A DNA stretch of 64,000 bases from Patescibacteria group bacterium (GTDB taxonomy: Bacteria > Patescibacteriota > Minisyncoccia > UBA6257 > 2-01-FULL-56-20). The stretch is from the NCBI GenBank assembly GCA_024654525.1, contig JANLHI010000030.1, forward strand, positions 2,886 through 66,885, in the 5' to 3' direction. The position numbers were made by a program, and so were the translations under genes. Shown in pieces: positions 27,442 through 36,270 of the stretch. Below the pieces are notes generated by a model. It made no database searches and was not told where the DNA came from. It saw only the letters and a list, made by a program, of their open reading frames with translations. The number at the start of each line of letters is the position of its first letter. Within the stretch, counting starts at the first letter, position 1.

Positions 27442-29274
27442 ATGAGCATTAAAGCAAAACTGTTATATATCGCCGTTTTTTCTTTTTTGGCGATTGTTGT
27501 TCTTGGTGTTCTTCTCTTTTTTTCTTATCAGCAGTTTAACGAAGCGATTGGGAGGAGTAGTATCGCGAATCAAATAGCCACGGGCGTCTATGAAAGAAGG
27601 CTTATTTTGGATGAATATTTACTTGATTACGGAGACGTTCATAGGGACGAATGGCTTACCAAGAACAATGATTTGGCACGTCTTTTGCAATCCCTTTCTC
27701 CGAAGTTTTCCGAAGTGCGATACAAAGAAGTCATTAACAATTTACTCATAAAATTTGCGATTAACAGGAAAGTATTCCTTGAGCTGTCCGAAGTTCGTGG
27801 TGCGGAGAATATTAAGGAAGAAAAGTTGACTTCTCAACTTTTATTTAACACTCAAGAGATAATTTCAGACACAAAGAAATTCGCCGCACTTAGCGTGGAG
27901 GAAGCAAGGCATAGTGAGGAGACCGCAGTGTTACTTTTGGGAAGTTTTAGTGTGGTATTGGTGCTTATAATCTTTGGAATCATCTTTGTTTTTTGGTTTA
28001 GCATTGTGCGTCCGATTATTAAATTTCGTGAGGGGACGGAAATTATATCTTCGGGAAATTTCAAACATAGGGTTGTTGTGAGTAGTCATGATGAAATAGG
28101 CCAGCTTGCAAAATCCTTTAATGACATGGCGGGGCGGTTGCAGGGATCGTACGCGGGTTTAGAAGAGAAAGTGCATGCAAGAACCGAGGCATTGGCTCAA
28201 GCGCAGTCGTTAGCGCATATCGGGAGTTGGGAGTGGGAAATCGGAAGTAATAATATGATATGGTCTGATGAGCTTTATCGTGTTTTTGGGGTGACGCGTC
28301 AAGAAGTTCCACAGTCATATTATGCATATTTACAGCAAGTGTTCCCGGATGATTTGGAAAAAGTGGAAGTAGCCATACAAAATACTCTCGAGACTCATGA
28401 GCCGTTTGAATTTGATCATAGGATTAAACTTCCGGATGGAACCTCCCGATGGGTTCGTGGAAGAGGAGCTGTGATTATGGACGCAAAAGGCGTGCCGGTA
28501 AAAATGGAAGGCACGGCTCAGGATATTACAAAAGAAAAGGAGATTGATCGCCAAAAAAACGAATTTATATCCATTGTTTCTCATCAGCTTCGTACCCCTT
28601 TGGGGAGTATGCGGTGGAATTTGGAGTTGTTGCAATCAGAGACTCACACATTATCGGAAGAGGCGCAGGGGAGAGTGAATGAGATGTATAAGAGTGATCT
28701 TCGCTTGATTCGCCTTGTAGGAGACCTTTTGAACGTGGCACGTATAGAGGGCGGTAGAACGAAAGATGAACCGGAACTTTCTGAAATTTTTGGTATTGTC
28801 GAGAGTGCGATCAAAGAAATGGAACCGGAAGCGAATAAAAAATCGGTAGCACTTGCATTTTCTTCCGTGGAAACAGCCATACCTAAGATTATGATTGATC
28901 CGAAACGATTTCGAGAGGTTATTCAGAATCTTCTTTCTAATGCGGTGCGATATACATTGCCGAAGGGACGAGTGTCTGTTAGAGTTGATTATTCCGATAA
29001 TTTGATTAAAATCTCGGTTGCCGACACGGGGATAGGAATTCCGAAGGGAGAACAGTCAAGACTTTTTGTTAAGTTTGCTCGTGCGGAGAATGCGGTGAAA
29101 ATTGATACCGAAGGTACTGGACTTGGACTTTTTATTGTAAAATCGTATGTAGAAGATTGGGGTGGAAAAGTATGGTTTGAAAGTATTGAGGGGAAAGGAA
29201 CAACCTTCTATGTATCGTTGCCTATAAAACCAAATGTGGTGAATATTACAAAAGAAACCGAAGACCATGACTAA
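27442..29274 (+). CDS. Sensor histidine kinase (TM-HAMP-PAS-HisKA-HATPase)
   Basis: HAMP region ...IGQLAKSFNDMAGRL, PAS with WEWEI, H-box SIVSHQLRTPL, and G-boxes DTGIGIP and GTGLGL. Confidence 0.8.
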   Translation: MSIKAKLLYIAVFSFLAIVVLGVLLFFSYQQFNEAIGRSSIANQIATGVYERRLILDEYLLDYGDVHRDEWLTKNNDLARLLQSLSPKFSEVRYKEVINNLLIKFAINRKVFLELSEVRGAENIKEEKLTSQLLFNTQEIISDTKKFAALSVEEARHSEETAVLLLGSFSVVLVLIIFGIIFVFWFSIVRPIIKFREGTEIISSGNFKHRVVVSSHDEIGQLAKSFNDMAGRLQGSYAGLEEKVHARTEALAQAQSLAHIGSWEWEIGSNNMIWSDELYRVFGVTRQEVPQSYYAYLQQVFPDDLEKVEVAIQNTLETHEPFEFDHRIKLPDGTSRWVRGRGAVIMDAKGVPVKMEGTAQDITKEKEIDRQKNEFISIVSHQLRTPLGSMRWNLELLQSETHTLSEEAQGRVNEMYKSDLRLIRLVGDLLNVARIEGGRTKDEPELSEIFGIVESAIKEMEPEANKKSVALAFSSVETAIPKIMIDPKRFREVIQNLLSNAVRYTLPKGRVSVRVDYSDNLIKISVADTGIGIPKGEQSRLFVKFARAENAVKIDTEGTGLGLFIVKSYVEDWGGKVWFESIEGKGTTFYVSLPIKPNVVNITKETEDHD

Positions 29275-29641
29275 AAAATTTATCATTGTAGCGGAAGACG
29301 ATAAGGCGTATATAGGCGTTTATAAGAGTAAACTTACCAGTGAGGGTTATGAGGTGGTGGTTGTCGATCAGGGTGATCTTGTGATACCCGAGCTTCATAA
29401 ACGCAAGCCCGATCTATTGATTTTGGATCTGATGTTACCGCAGAAAACAGGATTTGAGATTTTAGGAGAGCTAAGAGCTAATAGTAAACTTAAGGGTATT
29501 AAAGTGGTGGTTGCATCAAATTTGAGTCAAGACGTAGATAAGGAAAGAGTGAAAAAACTCGGAGCGCTTGATTATTTTATTAAGTCGGAAATTTCTATTT
29601 TTGAGCTGGTGGATAAGATAAAAAAAGCACTTGAGTGTTAG
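29267..29641 (+). CDS. Single-domain response regulator (CheY-like receiver)
   Basis: Receiver-domain motifs EDD, DLLILDLMLP and a KVVVAS region. It overlaps the end of the HK gene. Confidence 0.8.
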   Translation: MTKKFIIVAEDDKAYIGVYKSKLTSEGYEVVVVDQGDLVIPELHKRKPDLLILDLMLPQKTGFEILGELRANSKLKGIKVVVASNLSQDVDKERVKKLGALDYFIKSEISIFELVDKIKKALEC

Positions 29642-30164
29642 TTACTATATTAATAAGATATTAACTGATACTATATTAAGAATGAAAATAAATAAAATTA
29701 TTGTACTAGTAGTAGGAATTGTAGTGGTGACGGTTGTCGCGAGTATGGCATTGTCACCGCTACAGAATATGCGAGAGAATGATGCGTATGTTTCACCTTC
29801 AACATTTCCAGTTGCAACGTCTTCAGTCGTCGAATCAATAGCGGTACCCTTGGATACGATATCGGATGTAAGTATGCATACTTCACAAGAGTTTTTTGTT
29901 GTCTATGATGCAAATGGATTTTTGCCAAAAACTATTACCGTGAAGAAGGGTGATACGGTTGTGTTTCAGAATAGAACCGGCACGCGTGTCTCAGTTGCCT
30001 CCGACGACCATCCTACTCACTTGCGTTATCCTGATTTTGATCAGTATAGAACTGACCAAAAAGGACTAGACGTGTTTCGATTTGTTTTTACGAAAGTGGG
30101 AACATGGGGATATCATGATCATCTGAATGCAAACATGGTTGGTATGGTTATTGTTACAGAATAG
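29631..30164 (+). CDS. Secreted cupredoxin-like protein. The start is uncertain and may be the internal Met (MKINK).
   Basis: Signal/TM segment, then GDTVVFQN...HDH...M, a spacing compatible with a cupredoxin fold. Confidence 0.3.
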   Translation: MSVSYYINKILTDTILRMKINKIIVLVVGIVVVTVVASMALSPLQNMRENDAYVSPSTFPVATSSVVESIAVPLDTISDVSMHTSQEFFVVYDANGFLPKTITVKKGDTVVFQNRTGTRVSVASDDHPTHLRYPDFDQYRTDQKGLDVFRFVFTKVGTWGYHDHLNANMVGMVIVTE

Positions 30165-30167
30165 AGT

Positions 30168-30536
30168 ATGACATCGATTCTTCTCCGTGTTGCACTCTCA
30201 TTCTCTTTTCTCTACCCTGCCTATGGGTTTTGGAAAAACCCCGTTGATTGGATAGGGTATATCCCTTCCTTTATGAGAAATTTTGGATTATCCGAGGAGG
30301 TGCTTTTGATTGTTTTTGCTTTTTTTCATGTTGTACTTGCACTTTGGCTTCTATCGGGTTGGCATACTATGTACGCGGCGAGTGTTGCCGTTGTTTTTCT
30401 CGTGAGCGTGGTGGTATTCAATCTTAATCAGTTTAATATTCTTTTTCGTGACATTTCACTCGCACTCACTGCACTCGCATTGGTATTTCATAGGGAGAAT
30501 TTTTCCTATTCGCATAATAGGAATGAGGAGATATAA
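30168..30536 (+). CDS. Small membrane protein (DoxX-like)
   Basis: Three to four hydrophobic helices. Confidence 0.3.
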   Translation: MTSILLRVALSFSFLYPAYGFWKNPVDWIGYIPSFMRNFGLSEEVLLIVFAFFHVVLALWLLSGWHTMYAASVAVVFLVSVVVFNLNQFNILFRDISLALTALALVFHRENFSYSHNRNEEI

Positions 30537-30544
30537 TAACAACA

Positions 30545-30913
30545 ATGAATTCACAACAATTTCTTAAAAATGGAGGATTCTTTTTAATATTATTTGCGTT
30601 GCTTGGATTTTTTGGAGTACTTGGTCCTTCATCCGACGCGAGTGTTTTTGGTTCGGCATGGTGGTTTGATATCACGGAAAATTGGGGGCATCTTATTGTG
30701 GGAATTTTAGCGCTTGTGTTCGCATATTTTGGAGATGCAAAAATACAACAACCTGCGGTAATCGTGGTGGGGGTTATCAGTATATTGCTTGGGTTCTACA
30801 GTATATTTACTCCGAGTCTTCTTGGTGCGAACTTCCAAAACCCTCCCGATAGCATTTTCCATCTCATAGTGGGTATTTGGGCACTTATTTCCACGCGAGG
30901 AGGAGGGGAATAA
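30545..30913 (+). CDS. Small membrane protein
   Basis: Four hydrophobic helices. Confidence 0.3.
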   Translation: MNSQQFLKNGGFFLILFALLGFFGVLGPSSDASVFGSAWWFDITENWGHLIVGILALVFAYFGDAKIQQPAVIVVGVISILLGFYSIFTPSLLGANFQNPPDSIFHLIVGIWALISTRGGGE

Positions 30914-30969
30914 CCCGTTGCTTCTCAGTATATGATTTGATAGAGTGGTAGCGCATGAGTCGTTTTTTT

Positions 30970-31045
30970 GCCACCTTAGCTCAGCTGGTAGAGCAACACT
31001 TTTGTAAAGTGAAGGTCCCCGGTTCGAATCCGGGAGGTGGCTCCA
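30970..31045 (+). tRNA. tRNA-Thr(TGT) with encoded CCA
   Basis: Acceptor GCCACCT/AGGTGGC, anticodon loop TTTGTAA, T-arm CCCGG-TTCGAAT-CCGGG. Confidence 0.7.
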
Positions 31046-31205
31046 GTTTTGTAGAAAAAGATACGGAAGACCCAAAGCATGGGATTTCTTCCCTTGAACT
31101 CCTCCTCCCCCGCGCCACCCGAACAAATAGGGAAAAATCAAGGTATGGAGTTTTGACTGCACGTGTGAGTAATAGTAAGCTTAAGCGTGCGATTGATAAT
31201 ATGTT

Positions 31206-31471
31206 GCCGATGTAGCTCAGCTGGCAGAGCAACTCCATGGTAGACGAATCCTGCCCATCCCGACGGTAACGTCCGGATGAATCCTGAATTACGGTTAAAG
31301 GCCCGCACGGGGTTCAGACCGTAGCGCTTCTTGCGCTCGAACGACTGACAAGGGTTTCCTCGTGTTATCGAGGAGAAAGATACAGTCTAATCCTTCCGCA
31401 TATGTGTATATCGAAAAGGGAAGGTAGTAATGAAGGAGTAGGTCGCCGGTTCAAATCCGGCCATCGGCTCA
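31206..31471 (+). tRNA. tRNA interrupted by a group I intron in the anticodon loop. The most consistent reading is tRNA-Thr(GGT).
   Basis: The 5' exon GCCGATGTAGCTCAGCTGGCAGAGCAACTCCATGGT and the 3' exon AAGGAGTAGGTCGCCGGTTCAAATCCGGCCATCGGCT form a perfect cloverleaf once ~191 nt are removed. Confidence 0.65.
31242..31432 (+). ncRNA. Group I intron (~191 nt, no ORF)
   Basis: It contains sequences resembling the P, R and S core elements: aattacggttaaagg, gggttcagaccgtagc and aaagatacagtct. It ends in G before exon 2. Confidence 0.55.
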
Positions 31472-31554
31472 GGTGTGTGAAATAGAGATGTTTTTGCGTA
31501 TCTCTTGAAATTAGGAAATAAATGGAGTATCCTTTATTTGTTTAAACAAATTCA

Positions 31555-31731
31555 ATGGCGGGAAAAAAATCAAAACATTCGGAGAATCTCATAGGGCTTC
31601 GCTGTACTACGTGCAAGCGGAGGAATTACTATACCAGCAAAAACAAGAAGAAAGTTGAAAGAAAGATTGATCTTAAAAAGTTTTGCGAGTGGTGCAGAAA
31701 GCACACTGGTCATAAAGAGGTTAAAAAATAG
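31555..31731 (+). CDS. rpmG: 50S ribosomal protein L33
   Basis: 58-aa ORF below the ORF-track cutoff: [58 protein letters not shown], with a Cys4 zinc ribbon. Confidence 0.75.
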   Translation: MAGKKSKHSENLIGLRCTTCKRRNYYTSKNKKKVERKIDLKKFCEWCRKHTGHKEVKK

Positions 31732-31833
31732 CGAGAGAGATGGTTTTTACCCGTATCAGGCGGGTTATTGAGAGTATTTTATATTGGTTGTAGTATACCT
31801 ATGGCGCATGATGTTATCTGCGTTGTTTTAAGT

Positions 31834-31904
31834 GGGGGCATCGTTCAGTGGTAGGACAGCGGTCTCCAAAACCGCCAACCTGGGTTCGATTCCTAGTGCC
31901 CCCG
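31834..31904 (+). tRNA. tRNA-Trp(CCA)
   Basis: Acceptor GGGGGCA/TGCCCCC, anticodon loop CTCCAAA, T-arm CTGGG-TTCGATT-CCTAG. Confidence 0.8.
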
Positions 31905-31963
31905 CCTTCGCCCGCCATAGCTTTAGCGACGGCGGGATTCGCTAAGCTATGTCGGGCTTCGGC
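31899..31963 (+). repeat. 65-nt direct repeat, copy 1. It starts in the last 6 nt of tRNA-Trp.
   Basis: Sequence cccccgccttcgcccgccatagctttagcgAcggcgggattcgctaagctatgtcgggcttcggc. It is identical to copy 2 except for one position and contains internal inverted repeats. Confidence 0.8.
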
Positions 31964-31979
31964 GGGCAAGCCCGCTATA

Positions 31980-32234
31980 ATGAGGTATTATATTTTCATG
32001 CATTTCGTATATATTCTGAAATGTGCCGACACTTTCAATTATGTGGGTTGCACTAACAACATCGAAGACAGATTAGAGCGTCACAGTAAAGGACAAGTTG
32101 AGGCAACTAAGAGTAGGCTTCCAATTGAATTGGTTTCCTACGTTGCTTTCGAAAATAAATACAAAGCTTACGAATTTGAAAAATATCTCAAGTCCGGTTC
32201 GGGTCGAGCATTTATCAAAAAACACCTTGCGTGA
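31980..32234 (+). CDS. GIY-YIG nuclease family small protein (84 aa)
   Basis: MRYYIFMHFVYILKC...YVGCTNNIEDRLERHSKG and the C-terminal EKYLKSGSGRAFIKKHL. The ORF-track start at 31848 lies inside the tRNA, so Met45 was taken as the start. Confidence 0.7.
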   Translation: MRYYIFMHFVYILKCADTFNYVGCTNNIEDRLERHSKGQVEATKSRLPIELVSYVAFENKYKAYEFEKYLKSGSGRAFIKKHLA

Positions 32235-32296
32235 GATTCCCTTTATTTCGCCGAAGCTCAAAAAGCAAAGGCGAAGTTGAACCGTTAGGTTTACTA

Positions 32297-32361
32297 CCCC
32301 CGCCTTCGCCCGCCATAGCTTTAGCGGCGGCGGGATTCGCTAAGCTATGTCGGGCTTCGGC
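32297..32361 (+). repeat. 65-nt direct repeat, copy 2
   Basis: Same sequence as 31899-31963 with a single A/G difference. Confidence 0.8.
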
Positions 32362-32404
32362 ATGGTAATACCCGCCGTAATTTTAGCGGTGGTGGGAGTC
32401 GAAA

Positions 32405-32821
32405 GTGTATAATCTGCAATATCATATGTCCTGGGACGAATTCGACAAAGAAATGCGCGCGCTTGCGCAAAAGATTGAATATATACCCGACATAATTGTG
32501 GGTGTGGTGCGGGGCGGGCTTGTGCCTGCGCGGCTTCTTTCGACGCTTCTTAAAGTGCCGAAGATGAGATGTGTTACATTGGAAAGAGCGGGGGAGAGAA
32601 AAATTTTAGACGAGTTACAGGGGGATTTTACCGGAAAAAAAGTGCTGGTGGTAGAGGATATGATAGAAACGGGCAAAGGTCTGGTCGCCGCAAGGAAATA
32701 CCTGGAATCCAAAGGGGCATCCGTCAAAACCGCGTGCTTGTATACCATGCCGATTTCAGAAACAACCCCCGATTATTTTTTGAGAGAAGTAAGTGAAGTA
32801 ATTAAATTTCCTTGGGATTGA
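32405..32821 (+). CDS. Phosphoribosyltransferase (type I PRT, purine salvage-like)
   Basis: PRPP-binding motif VLVVEDMIETGKGL. Confidence 0.6.
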   Translation: MYNLQYHMSWDEFDKEMRALAQKIEYIPDIIVGVVRGGLVPARLLSTLLKVPKMRCVTLERAGERKILDELQGDFTGKKVLVVEDMIETGKGLVAARKYLESKGASVKTACLYTMPISETTPDYFLREVSEVIKFPWD

Positions 32822-33453
32822 CGTATTATTCAATGAATTTTTGGGATACATTTTATACACAGCCTTTGGATAAAATTCCTTGGCAGAATACACAGGCGGA
32901 CTGGTTTAAGAATTTGATTGATAGCGGTGAAGTGCGAGGGGACTCGGCATTGGATTTAGGGTGTGGTACCGGTAAAAAATCTGTGTATTTAGCGCACCAC
33001 GAGTTTAAAAGAGTCATTGGTATAGATATCGCCGAGAAGGCGGTGGAATTTGCACGACAGAATGCGGTTCAGGAAAATGTTTCGAATAACTGCACGTTTT
33101 TTGCCGAAGATGCCATTGAGTGGATGTTGTCAAATAAAGAATCATGTGACCTTGTTTTGGACTGGGCATATTTGCATTGCATTGACCCTGAACGTCGAAA
33201 TGTATATGTAGAAGGAATAGAGAATGTGAGCCATGTTGGTTCGTTCTATCTTATCCGGGCTTTCATTTCTCACACGAGTAGCCGTTACTTTGAGGAAGAA
33301 ATGAACGGTGTGGTACATAAGATATACTTTCTTGACGAGGCGAGTATTGTGGCATTGCTTCCGAATTTCGAGATTGTAAAGAGAAATACCAGTATCCCGC
33401 GTACAAAACCGGAATTCTATTTTACCGAGTTGTTGATGAAAAAAATGAAATAA
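32812..33453 (+). CDS. Class I SAM-dependent methyltransferase
   Basis: Motif I ALDLGCGTGKKS and an acidic loop GIDIAE. Confidence 0.6.
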   Translation: MGLTYYSMNFWDTFYTQPLDKIPWQNTQADWFKNLIDSGEVRGDSALDLGCGTGKKSVYLAHHEFKRVIGIDIAEKAVEFARQNAVQENVSNNCTFFAEDAIEWMLSNKESCDLVLDWAYLHCIDPERRNVYVEGIENVSHVGSFYLIRAFISHTSSRYFEEEMNGVVHKIYFLDEASIVALLPNFEIVKRNTSIPRTKPEFYFTELLMKKMK

Positions 33454-33459
33454 AAAATA

Positions 33460-33924
33460 ATGCGCACCATACATCGAGATATTGTTGGGGCGCTCATCTT
33501 TTCACGTGACGGAAAGTTATTACAAGCGCTCAAAAATCCCAAGGGTGGAGGAGTGTACTCCATGGATTGTTGGCATATTCCGGGCGGTGGTGTTGAAGAA
33601 GGTGAGAGTAGAGAGGCGGCGGTGGCGCGAGAAGTTTTCGAAGAAACGGGCATTGATGTTTCTCATTATGCAATTGAGTTTGTGAGCGATACGGGGGAAG
33701 GAGAGAGCGAAAAAACGCTGAAATCCACCGGCGAGCGCGTGCTTTGTAAGATGAAATTTTATGACTACAAGGTTGTGATAGACGACAAAGATGCTTCTCA
33801 AATTGAAGTACGGCTTTGCGACGAGTTCGTAACATATCAATGGTCGGAGGTATCAGCACTAAAGAATCTTAAACTCACTCCGCCGTCAGTCGAACTTTTT
33901 AAGAAACTCGGGTATATTGAATAG
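33460..33924 (+). CDS. Nudix hydrolase
   Basis: Nudix box GGGVEEGESREAAVAREVFEETGI. Confidence 0.75.
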   Translation: MRTIHRDIVGALIFSRDGKLLQALKNPKGGGVYSMDCWHIPGGGVEEGESREAAVAREVFEETGIDVSHYAIEFVSDTGEGESEKTLKSTGERVLCKMKFYDYKVVIDDKDASQIEVRLCDEFVTYQWSEVSALKNLKLTPPSVELFKKLGYIE

Positions 33925-34503
33925 ATGGATTCACTCGCTCCGCGCCCCGGACTTCCCGCACATGCAAAGCGGGTGTTTAAGGGCGAGATTTTTGAAGTGT
34001 GGCAATGGGAGCAAAAAATGTTTGATGGAACCACAAATACATTTGAAAGAATCTGGCGGTATTCCACGGTGGAGATTTTTGCGACAGTGGGGGATAAAAT
34101 CATTCTTGAAGATCAGGACCAGCCGGATAGGAAGGGGAGTGTTACCGTTCCAAGCGGGAGAATGGATCAAGGCGAGGATGACCCTCTTGTGGAAGCGAAA
34201 CGGGAGTTGTTGGAAGAAACCGGATATACTTCTGACGATTGGACTCTTTTTATGACCCTTGGCAGGGATAGTAAGGTGATTCACGAAATTCACCACTTTA
34301 TCGCGCGGAATTGTATAAAAACCTCGGAACAACAGCTTGATTCGGGAGAAAAAATTGCCACGCGCCTTATTTCATTCGACGAGTTTCTCGAATTGGTTGA
34401 CGAGCCTCGCTTCTGGATGTCCGCCGAGTTCAAGAATTATATGCTTCGCGCAAGGTTCGACCCGGAGAAAAAAGAAGAGTTTAGGAAAGCGCTGTTTCCG
34501 TAA
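33925..34503 (+). CDS. Nudix hydrolase (ADP-ribose pyrophosphatase-like)
   Basis: Nudix box SGRMDQGEDDPLVEAKRELLEETGY. Confidence 0.75.
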   Translation: MDSLAPRPGLPAHAKRVFKGEIFEVWQWEQKMFDGTTNTFERIWRYSTVEIFATVGDKIILEDQDQPDRKGSVTVPSGRMDQGEDDPLVEAKRELLEETGYTSDDWTLFMTLGRDSKVIHEIHHFIARNCIKTSEQQLDSGEKIATRLISFDEFLELVDEPRFWMSAEFKNYMLRARFDPEKKEEFRKALFP

Positions 34504-34517
34504 GGGATTGTAAGCGG

Positions 34518-35051
34518 ATGCATCTACTCAATATGACAAATTCTAAAGGAATGCACGAATTAGGAAAGGTGATAATTGCCTGTGAGACCTATATCACTAA
34601 TGGGGGAAAGGTGTTGATGCATAAGCGCGCCGAAAACAAGAAAAATTTCCCGGGATTCTGGATTGGTCCCGGCGGGCATGTTGATGAGGAAGAGGATGTG
34701 CTTGGCGCCGCAATTCGTGAAGTGAAGGAGGAGGTGGGTATTGCGCTTGACCCCCATAATATAAAGTTGAAAGTCATTGCATTTCACCATCACATTGATA
34801 GAAATGAAGTTTGGGTTGAATATGTGTTTCGAGCAACTATACCCAAAGAGATAGCGCCGAAGGATTCAGAGGAGGGCGTGTCCCAATGGATCGCCATTGC
34901 GGAAGTGTTGCGCATGGATAATATTTTTCCTCCGGCAAAATATCATCTCGACCACATCTTGAATGATAAACCCGGGATTTTGTACAATTCCAGCCAATGG
35001 AAAGGCGCGCAATTGTATAAAATATGCAGTGAGCGGATAGGAAATATATGA
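34518..35051 (+). CDS. Nudix hydrolase
   Basis: Nudix box GPGGHVDEEEDVLGAAIREVKEEVGI. Confidence 0.75.
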   Translation: MHLLNMTNSKGMHELGKVIIACETYITNGGKVLMHKRAENKKNFPGFWIGPGGHVDEEEDVLGAAIREVKEEVGIALDPHNIKLKVIAFHHHIDRNEVWVEYVFRATIPKEIAPKDSEEGVSQWIAIAEVLRMDNIFPPAKYHLDHILNDKPGILYNSSQWKGAQLYKICSERIGNI

Positions 35052-35494
35052 ACCAAAAAGATACCTATTTCGTTGCGGTAAAAGTATTCCTTGAGCGTGA
35101 GGAAAAACTTTTGATTTTGAAAGATAAATTCGGCCCCGCAGTTGCGGGGTGGGACCTTCCCGGCGGGAGAATTAAGACGGATGAATTTGAAACGCCGCTC
35201 GAAGACATCGTGCGCCGGAAAATACGAGAAGAATTGGGTGAGGGGGTTATATACGATATTGGGAAACCGACGGTGTTCATGCGCCACGAGCGGGTGGAGG
35301 CAACTCCGGAAAAGCCAACGGTGCGGATATTCGCAATCGGGTATCCGGCAGTCTGGAAGAGTGGTGAGGCGCGCCTTTCGCCCGCGCACACCGAGATGCA
35401 ATGGGTGGATATGAAAACCTTTAAGCCGGAAGAGTATTTCTCCGGCGGGTGGCTGAAGGGGGTGAGGGAATATATTACGTTGAGGAAGGGTTAG
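35048..35494 (+). CDS. Nudix hydrolase
   Basis: Nudix box LPGGRIKTDEFETPLEDIVRRKIREELGE. Confidence 0.7.
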   Translation: MNQKDTYFVAVKVFLEREEKLLILKDKFGPAVAGWDLPGGRIKTDEFETPLEDIVRRKIREELGEGVIYDIGKPTVFMRHERVEATPEKPTVRIFAIGYPAVWKSGEARLSPAHTEMQWVDMKTFKPEEYFSGGWLKGVREYITLRKG

Positions 35495-35501
35495 ATAGGG
35501 G

Positions 35502-35529
35502 TTGACGGGTTTTTTGTAGGTGCTATACT
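35502..35529 (+). promoter_or_regulatory. Sigma70-like promoter TTGACG-16-TATACT upstream of the rplJ leader
   Basis: Near-consensus -35 and -10 hexamers, ~110 nt upstream of the rplJ start. The leader is likely an L10/L12 autoregulatory leader. Confidence 0.4.
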
Positions 35530-35636
35530 TGTCATATCCAAAGACAGTAGGCGGCTCGGAGAAAAAGAGCATAAGACCTGCCGAGGAAAATCCCTTGTAA
35601 AACCGTCTTTGTGACGCGTTTTCTTTTTTCATTACC

Positions 35637-36158
35637 ATGAAAACAAAAGCACAAAAAACAACCGAACTCGAAAAAGGACGTAAGCTTTTTGAAGAAAGCG
35701 AGGCGCTTATTTTTGCTGATTTCTCACATGTTTCCACCGAAAATTTAAAGAAATTGCGCAAAGTGGTGCGCGAAGCGGGATCGGAGCTTTTGGTAATTAA
35801 AAAGCGACTTTTAAATGTGCTTTTTAAAGAGAAGGGAGTTACCTATGACGCAAAACAGTTTAGCGGTTCGGTGGGCACGATTTTTTCGAAAAAAAACATA
35901 GAGGGAGTCAGCGGTCCCATATATAATTTTTTTTCCGGGCTTGAGGTGCCGGAAGGTGGTATAAAAGGTATGTGGGCAAAACACATTTTGGGAGCGTATG
36001 ACGCAAAGGGGAGGGCGGCAATTGATGCCGAGCAGATAATTTTTATCGGCAGGCTTCCTTCTCGAGAGATTCTTTTGGCGCAGCTTTTAGGGACGCTTGC
36101 TGCGCCGCTTCGTTCATTTATGTACTTGCTCCAGCAAAAATCCGCGAAGCAAGAATAA
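35637..36158 (+). CDS. rplJ: 50S ribosomal protein L10
   Basis: 173 aa with the L10 N-terminal signature KAQKTTELEKGRKLFEESEALIFADF. Confidence 0.85.
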   Translation: MKTKAQKTTELEKGRKLFEESEALIFADFSHVSTENLKKLRKVVREAGSELLVIKKRLLNVLFKEKGVTYDAKQFSGSVGTIFSKKNIEGVSGPIYNFFSGLEVPEGGIKGMWAKHILGAYDAKGRAAIDAEQIIFIGRLPSREILLAQLLGTLAAPLRSFMYLLQQKSAKQE

Positions 36159-36270
36159 TGGAAAGGTCGTCAATATACACGATGTCAATATGCGAATTGT
36201 ACTAATAATGCAAATGGGGATTCTCATTCGCATCACTGGTACCTGTTAGTATATTTGCATCAATACTTTC

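Noticed and set aside
31046-31205. Possible additional tRNA or ncRNA between tRNA-Thr and the intron-containing tRNA
   Set aside because: No cloverleaf could be folded and no SRP or 6S-like conserved motif is visible. It is left unannotated.
30707-31238. 151-aa and 85-aa minus-strand ORFs and an 86-aa plus-strand ORF
   Set aside because: They run across tRNA-Thr and the 5' exon of the intron-containing tRNA. These are artifacts of GC-rich tRNA sequence.
31848-31979. Upstream extension of the GIY-YIG ORF (MVGQRSPKPP...)
   Set aside because: It begins inside tRNA-Trp and covers direct-repeat copy 1. The conserved GIY-YIG domain starts at Met45 (31980).
34943-35761. 272-aa minus-strand ORF
   Set aside because: It is antisense to a Nudix gene and the rplJ leader and start, with no motifs. 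The plus-strand genes are well supported.
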